From NCBI RefSeq assembly GCF_026571515.1, contig NW_026857023.1, forward strand, positions 1 through 64,000: a DNA stretch of 64,000 nucleotides. The letters are read 5' to 3'. The notes below the pieces were generated by a model. The model was not told the DNA's origin and did no database searches. It was given only the letters and a program-made list of their open reading frames with translations. The translations under genes were made by a program, and so were the position numbers. The DNA comes from Ruditapes philippinarum. Taxonomy: Eukaryota. This document shows, in pieces, positions 51,901 to 60,900 of this stretch. Positions within the stretch are counted from its first letter, which is position 1, and every line of letters begins with the position of its first letter.

Positions 51901-54900
51901 TCACTGACTCATCCTCTGGACACATGTTCAAGTTCTGTTACAAATACATTATATAACATTAAACGTTAATATCTCAATTCCTGTAACTGGGACCTTTCCT
52001 CATCAAATCAAGTTGAGTACATTTATTTTAAACATGTTATATAAATATGAAATCAGATGTATTTCTATGAAAAGTTGCCATGAAATCTCAAACTGGGGTT
52101 AACTGTATCTAAGAAATGTTGTTCTTCTATGGAACTGTTTCCAGAGGATCTCAAATGAAGTATTTCTATGAAGATTGTTAAAAGTTTAGAATCTCCAATG
52201 AAGCATATTTCATTTTATTTGTTGCCTAAGAAACTGTAATGGTGCATTTCTAGGAAAACTAGCCAAAAAATCTCAAATCGAGGGTACTTTTATGGAATAA
52301 TTGCTATACAATCTCTTTAATTTTATGCCTTATTTTTGTATGGGAAATACTATAATGTTTATACCTGTATAAGTTGATTCAACAAGACAGCATCATATCC
52401 TGCTAGGTATTGTACATAGTACCTCTGCATAACTTGATGGTACTTCTTTACCAAACCTACAAAAATATAACTTCACTTTTACAGAAGTCCTAAAATAAAT
52501 TTGTCATACAAAACAATATCTAGAGAGATCAGGAATTTTATGGACAATGATTTTACAAGTTACTATTTAATATTCTGCAGAACCCACTTTATATACCATC
52601 ATGATAATCAACATTTCCTATTTCAAATCATAACCGTAAGACATACATTACTCTTTTTATCTATCAAGGTAACAACGAATGCTGTTACTTCTGTATAATA
52701 ATATTACTTACCCTTTAACTCTTCAATGTGGAATAACAGTTCTGGAATTTGCCTGTAAAAAAATACAATAAAGATATTACATTTCTTAACAAAAACCACC
52801 TGATCAAATATTACAAACCCACACAGGTATTTAACATTTAAAGTAGCCCTTGCACAGGTATTAACAATTCAAAGTGGCACTGGTACAGGTATCAAATATT
52901 CAAGCAAAGGCATATTCACCAAAAGCTCTTCCTGACCAAGACACCGATCAAATTATAGTCCAACAACGGTTTCTTTTTCTTATATTGCACTAACACATCA
53001 GAATGAAAATTACTCTTGACTTTGAGAGTGATAGGGTATAATATTGCATGAATTGTTGCCTGTAATATTTTACTGTGCATCTGGACTCCATACCATACTA
53101 TACATGTCATACCACAAAACATTCAAAATTCGTTCTGTTTCCTTAGTAATAGTTTTAAAATATTTCATTTACATACATTCATCAAATAAATATAAATACA
53201 CCTTATTATATGTTGTCAAAAAAGAATATGCTAAAATTTATACCACTATTTAACAAAGTTCTTACCTGTCAACAAAGTCCTCTTGGTTCATTTTGACGTT
53301 GTGTCTACGGCCAGGTGGATTCTGGAAATGTCGCAGGAGCCAGTGTACCTCATTCTGAGCCATTGAAAGTGCTTGTAGCACATACAGAGCCTTGGGTCCA
53401 AGCAGGCCTGGCTGATCGGTATATATCAGTGTCAATTCTCGGAGAGCTGTTCGTAGAAACTTTCTCCTCTCTCGGTGTAATCCTGGTCTGTTAAAGCAAT
53501 TAAACATTAAGTAAGTTTGGTTGTTTGTTCATCAATACAATAAGCTGTCATCTCAGAGCATTATTATTGTTAGTATCATGCCTTTTTTTTAAATCATCCA
53601 GAAAATAAAACCATCCAGAAATTAATACAAAACCCAGGGCATAAACAGATTTTTGCCAGAATGGAATATATTGTTTTTATTTTAGAGGCCATATGATCAG
53701 AAGTTAAGACCGACTTGCTAACTATTCCACTATGAGTAAAATTTAAGATTACATATTCATAACTAGTTTTGAATTATGTGACATTGTATGCTTCATAGTA
53801 ATTAAACATTACACTGGAAACACACTATTGTTAAAGCATAAACACTTATGTGACAAAAACATCTTTGTCCCACAACCATTTAACACATAAAGCAAGAGTT
53901 CAACATGAATTTTTTGCCTTATTATCTTAATACAATTATAACAACTTTGGGTAGATTCCTTAACCTGCTGCATTTCATTAAATTGCTAGCCATTTATCCA
54001 TTTTAAAACAATTCATTATCATTTTAACAGGAAATGTTAAGTTAGTCCGCCATAATATACAACCTTATGGCGCCTAAACTAGAATGGCTCATTACAAAAA
54101 AGAATTTGCAGTTTCACTTTAATCCTTGTAAGGATGAATTTGTACACATTTTAAAACTGCCAGTGTATCTTTAAGGGCCAATTTGGGTTAAAATTCAGCC
54201 CCATTTCCCTCCCCATAAAGTATATTATTTCCCGCTACTTCTTTCTGAAAAAAGTTCTCTGAAAGTACAAAAAGATGGGCCGGCCCTTCCACCATTTCAA
54301 GTGCTGTTTTAATACTGGTCAAATAAACATCAATGATATGACTATCTAATTGAGCGGATACACTTGAATATTGTCATAATTTGATGAATAATCATAATCT
54401 CACTAAAGCTTTGTACGTGTAGCATCAATGGATCCTCCAAGCTTTAGGTACACATTATATGTTACGTAATTATTTATTATGTTATTATAAAACTCACTGT
54501 CTTGACCTTAGACTGGTATAGACTTTCTGTAATCCAATATACATATCCAAGATGGCAAGTATAGCTGGCACAAGAGTATTAACTTGTGTCCAGAACTATT
54601 TTATTCATGTCCGAAGAGACTATTGCATACCAAGAACATGTAACCAATTATTTCTCAATGAGCATATTTTATTCTGATCAAGACAGTGATACTAACTAGA
54701 ACTATCACTAAATGTGATTAATACCCACACAAGACTGCTTCGGAAATGAGGATGTTACTAGTAACAGAATACCTTGTAAAAGAATTGAAATATAGAGTTA
54801 TGGTTGTGGGCAATTAACCCTTTACCACATATATACGCGAAACAACGCACTTTCGACCCCCCCCCCCTTTTTTAGGTCTCAAATAGTGAAAAAATGTCCT

Positions 54901-57900
54901 ATTTGGGCTCCAAACATAAGTTTTCGTTTGAGAAATGTTGCTAAAAAAATTTAGCACTTTTTCGGCGCCGCCCCCATCCAAAAGATACATCAGGGGGTTG
55001 CCAGAAGGGGGATGTGCCCCCTTCTGTTAGGGGGGTTTGAAGGGGGGCGGAGTCCCCCTCATCGCCAAGAAAATTTTGGACTTGTGAGAGGCTAAAAATG
55101 ACCCCCGGTCGATCATAATGTAACGTTTAACCAACGCTGAAAAGCTTTTGACTCTATCTCAATCCCTTGAGAAGTTGCAGCACTTTGAATAAATTTTGAT
55201 GGAAAAAATCGAGGCAAAATAGTGATTTTTGGCAATTTTGAGATGTCCCCTCGTTGCCATGGTAACAGGAAATTTAAGACTGAGCATGTCGCTACAAAGG
55301 CAATGGTCCAGTCAACATTTGTGCCAAGTTTGATTAGAATTGAAGCATTTTTCATAGTTTCATAGCAGTTTGAACTTGTAACAGGAGGCTTTTCAGTGAA
55401 AACGGCCATTTTTCACAATATGCTCATGGGGGAAAGGGTTAAAGATAGTTGTGGTTCTTATATGTTGCATTTCCTTTCAATGTGGGCCATTGATGAAGTT
55501 TAATTAAATTACTCTGTAATAAGTCCAGAAAGACAAAGAAAAGGAACAAAGGGCAATAACTCTATAAATACTGAAGATAGAGTTATAGTTCTTGTGCACT
55601 GCACTTCCTCTTATTGTGCTTGACAATTGTATGAAGTTGTTTTGAATTCCAACCAGTACGTTTTAAGTTATGCTCCTGACAAGGAAAAGTAACAAAGGGC
55701 AGTATCTCTGTATTTTGTCAAAATGGAGTTATGGCTCTTGTGCACTGCACTTCCTTTTAATGTCCTTGACAACTGTATGAAGTTGTACTGAATTCCAAAC
55801 AGTAGTTTTCAAGTTATGCTCTGGAAAAGTAACAAAGGGCAATAACTATGTAATTAGTCAAGATGGAGTTATGGTTCTTGTGCACTGCACTTTCCCCCAT
55901 GTGCTTGACCATTGTATGTAGTTGTTTTGAATTCCAACCAGTACTTTTCAAGTTATGGTACGGACAAGGAAAAGTAACAAAGGGCAATAACTCTGTAATT
56001 AGTCAAGATAGAGGTATGGTTCTTGTGCACTGCACTACCCCTTATTGTGTTTGACAATTGTATGAAGTTGTTTTGAATTCCAACCAGTAGTTTTGAAGTG
56101 ATGCCACGGACAAGGAAAAGTAACAAAGGGCAATAACTCTGTAATTAGTCAAGATAGAGTTATGGTTCTTATGCACTGCACTTCCTCTCAATGTGCTTGA
56201 CCATTGTATGTAGTTATATTGAATTCAAACTATTAGTCTTCAAGTTATGGTCTGGACAAAAAAATCAAGGGAAAAGTAACAAAGGGCAATAACTCTGTAA
56301 TAACTTTAGATAGAGTTATGGTTCTTGTGCACTGCACTTCCCCTTATTGTGTTTGACAATTGTATGAAGTTGTTTTGAATTCCAACCAGTTGTTTTCAAG
56401 TTATGCCCCGGACAAGGAAAAGTAACAAAGGGCAATAACTCTGTTATTAGTCAAGATAGAGTTATGGTTCTTATGCACTGCACTTCCTCTCAATGTGCTT
56501 GATAATTGTATGTAGTTATATTGAATTCAAACTATTAGTCTTCAAGTTATGGTCTGGACAAAAAAATCAATGGAAAAGTAACAAAGGGCAATAACTCTGT
56601 AATTACTTTAGATAGAGTTATGGTTCTTGTGCACTGCACTTCCCCTTATTGTGTTTGACAATTGTATGAAGTTGTTTTGAATTCCAACCAGTTGTTTTCA
56701 AGTTATGCCCCGGACGTGGAAAAGTAACAAAGGGCAATAACTCTGTAATTAGTCAAGATAGAGTTATGGTTCTTGTGCACTGCACTTCCTCTCAATGCAC
56801 TTGACCATTGTATGTAGTTATATTGAATTCCAACCATTAGTCTTCAAGTTATGCTCCGGACAAGGAAAATGCAACGGACGTCTGGACCGACCGACAGCCC
56901 GACTGACCAACCGACCGACTGACCACCGGGTGACTCCTATATACCCCCCCAAACTTCGTTTTTGGGGGTATAATAACTCTATTCTATTTATTGTTACCAC
57001 ATATATAAAGCCAACTATCTGTTCACTTAAAATTTATAACTAGGGAGATTATAATTTCTGTTAAGTATACTGGGATAAGTCAATTGACTATATTGATATC
57101 CGACAGAAAACCTAACATAAAGGCCAAATATTATGTTACTTTAGAATTTCATTACATGTAATGCAAAACATACTTGTTTTGTTAAACCAATTTCCCAGAA
57201 TTTTTTTTTTTTTGTGAAGGCAAGCTAGAAAATATACATTTGATTTTTAAAGGTCACTTTGAAAATCACTAAAAAGCATCCAAAAACAGTTGTAGGAAAA
57301 GTTGTGGGAATTAAGGTCTTAAAAAGCTAAAAAAAAATTATAAAAATTAAGAAATAAGATTTTGAAATAGAATAAATCTAATGGCTAGAACACCGAAAGA
57401 CAATATCAGGATAAGTAACACTAAAGATCAATGTTATTGTTTGTTTTTTGTTGTTGTTTTTTTTTCAATTATATAAGATGTTATGCTGCTTTCATTTCAA
57501 TTCTTTATAACACTTTTAATATAATAGTGACCTTTTCAAAGTTCTGAAGTGGATCATGACCCCAAAGACAGCATACCCATTGGTATTCAAACACTGAAAT
57601 CATTAATGGTTAAAAACTATAACTACTTAGTTATAACTGTAAGCAATGAGGAATGCCAATAATTCAATAATGGCCATGTCTACTTTTACAGGCGTTATTC
57701 ATCAACTATGCTATTCATATGAAGCAGTTTTTAGGGGAATTTTATTTTCTTCAACAACAATGAAAGCCCCATCTTCCATGTTATTTGCACAGATTACAAT
57801 GCAATGCACATAGAACTAAAAGTACACAGAACTAAAAGTACACAGAACTAAAAGTACCGTTAGTATGAATTTGTTGCAGTCATTTTACTTACAAATTACT

Positions 57901-60900
57901 GAAATAAACATAAATACCATAACATTAAAGATAAAGAAAAATGCAATGTTATATATATCATTTCATTTCACAATTTTTGTTATTAATCTGACTTTTTTTC
58001 AAATCTTGTGAAATGGATTTGTCTTGTGTTGAAGCAATTCAAGATGCAATTTACTTCAAATTAATTGTAGCACTTACACAGTTAATAACGTCTTGTCAGA
58101 AAAAGAAATAGCAGAAAGTAGAGATACTCATTCCAGAGTTTTAAATGGAAAGTTATTCAAGATTACCATGTGAACCAATAACTTCATGAAATGTACATTG
58201 ACAAATTAACTGTTTATGGACAGGCTCACAAGTGTGATAATTTGATACCTACTTGCACAATGTGTAGGAATGTTAATTTGTAAAAAAATGTGTTATCATT
58301 AGTTACCTGTATTTTACAGAAAATATATCATTACAAACAAATGAGTATATATAGACATAAAATATATTATAGTAATTGTTAGAAGTAAATTCTTGAATGA
58401 AACATAACAAAACAATCACTGTAAAATTACATGGCATTCAAGATTGCATGATATTTTCAATAGAGAAATAAAGATATTGTAAGACAGAAATTGTATGGCA
58501 AATTATTCTGTATACAATTAAGTACTGTATGACTAAAGATGATGAAATATGCAAGGAAATAATGTATGAAATTGGTATATATTGTATGGCATAAAAATTA
58601 CAGAGAATGAAAGATTGTAAAGGAAGATATTCTATGAAATTTTGTATCATATTTTGAAAGGAAATTATATGACATGACTATTTTGTAAAATAAGGCATGC
58701 ACAAAATTAAACGTGATACATAAGAAACTGTATCAAACATGCAAATTCGTTGAATTTATATCCCCCGCCGAGTACTGGTTATTATCAACACAACAACTGA
58801 AGACATAAGGCTTTATTTATATATTAATCATGGCATAAACAGTAATATTCTTTGAACTTGATAAATATTCAGGGCAATAACAGAGCCATAACTTTGTGTT
58901 AAATAGTAAAATCTGGAAATGACAATGAGATGTATGCATACTACATAACTAATCAAGGGCCATAAATTTGAGTTATAAGTATCTGACTGGAACAAGGCGA
59001 CTATATGCACATCTCCTCTTAGTATCTCATAAAGTTTCATTGAATTCCAGCCAGTAGTAGCAGAGAAGTAGCGAGGAAACAAATATTTTTCAATATGGAT
59101 ACTGCATAACTAATCAAGGGCCATAACTCTGAGTTAAAGTGTCTGACCGGAACAAGCTGACGATATGCGCATCTCCTCTTGGTATTGAAGGTTCCCATAA
59201 AGTTTCGTTGAATTTCAGCCAGTAGTTGCAGAGAAGTAGTGCGGAAACGATTTTTACTCTATATGCATACTACATAACTAATCAAGGGCCATAACTCTAA
59301 GTTAAAGGGTCTGACCGGAACAAGCCGAGGATATGCCCATCTCCTCTTGATATTGATGATTCCCATAAAGTTTCGTTGAATTCCAGCCAGTAGTTGCAGA
59401 GAACTACTCTGGAAACGATTTTTACTCCATATGCATATTGCATAACAATCAAGGGCCATAACTCTGAGTTAAAGTGTCTGACCCAAACAAGCGAGATATG
59501 CGCATCTCCTCTTGGTATTGAAGGTTCCCATAAAGTTTCGTTGAATTCCAGCCAATAGTTGCAGAGAAGTAGCGCGGAAACGATTTTTACTCCATATGCA
59601 TATTGCATAACTAATCAAGGGCCATAACTCTGAGTTAAAGTGTCTGACCAGAACAAGCCGACGATATGCGCATCTCCTCTTGATATTGATGATTCCCATA
59701 AAGTTTCGTTGAAATTCCAGCCAGTAGTTGCAGAGAACTACTCCGGAAACGATTTTAACTCTATATGCATACTACATAACTAATCAAGGGCCATAACTCT
59801 AAATTAAAGGGTCGGACCGGAACAAGCCAACGATATGCGCATCTCCTCTTGATATTGATGATTCCCATAAAGTTTCGTTGAATTCCAGCCAGTTGTTGCA
59901 GAGAACTACTCCGGAAACGAAATTCGGATAGACCGCATGGACGGCAACGGACGGACGGACGTTCTCACAGGACAGTAATTATGTGGGCTACTCTATTGTT
60001 CTCTCTATTGTTCTTTTTAGCCACACAAAAAAATAGCCACATAAAAAGCATTACGGAATGAATGACAGCAAAGAGAAAGAACAGTTACCTATTGTCACCT
60101 CTAGCCACATAATTACTGTCCTAGTGAGTGCGGCACTGACGGACGGACGGACGGATACGGACGGAATGGACAACGCCAAAACTATATCCCCCTCCCGATT
60201 CCATCGGCGGGGGATAATAATGTTTTCATTACAAAATTTTTTGTCAACATTAGATTCTGTATGACATAATTATATAAAATACAGATACAATTCTTTTTTC
60301 ACATTAGATTATGTATGATTTAAGCATGTGAAATGGGAATCTGTATGATATTACAATTTTGTAGAACACAAATAATAAATAGATCTTGATGGGATACTTG
60401 TATTTCTGAGGTCTTTATGATTTTGATGTTGTACTTTTTTGTCCTTTAACTCACACTGATATTTAAACATAGCATGCATCACTGTTAGACAGTTAGACAT
60501 GAGGTACTCATGAGGTCTGCAAGATTTGATACATTTGTAATTTTTTCAATTTGACATGCAATATTGTATGAGATTCAAAACAGTATGACCTCAACAATAC
60601 TATAACATAAAATACTTACGAGGTCTGTAAGGCCTGGTGTTGTAATTCCTTCACTTCATTGACTCGTTTATTCATGTTCTGTCTATAAAATGAAACAGTA
60701 TTTTGAAACATTTATCATCCTCCAAAAGAATAATTTCAACCCTTCAATCGCTGAATTTTTTTAAATGGCCTTGTCAAAGCTAGCTTCTGTTATTGGAATT
60801 ATTCATTATCAATTTTGGCGATACCAAGCTGAAATCTTAAAGCCAACAGTATAGAGCTCGGTCAGACCACATGCATGTGCAGACCTGTCTCTTTACTTGT

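Noticed and set aside
58300-58325. Recursive splice site (CAG|GTAACT) in the 7-kb intron
   Set aside because: Poor pyrimidine tract and a short intron for recursive splicing
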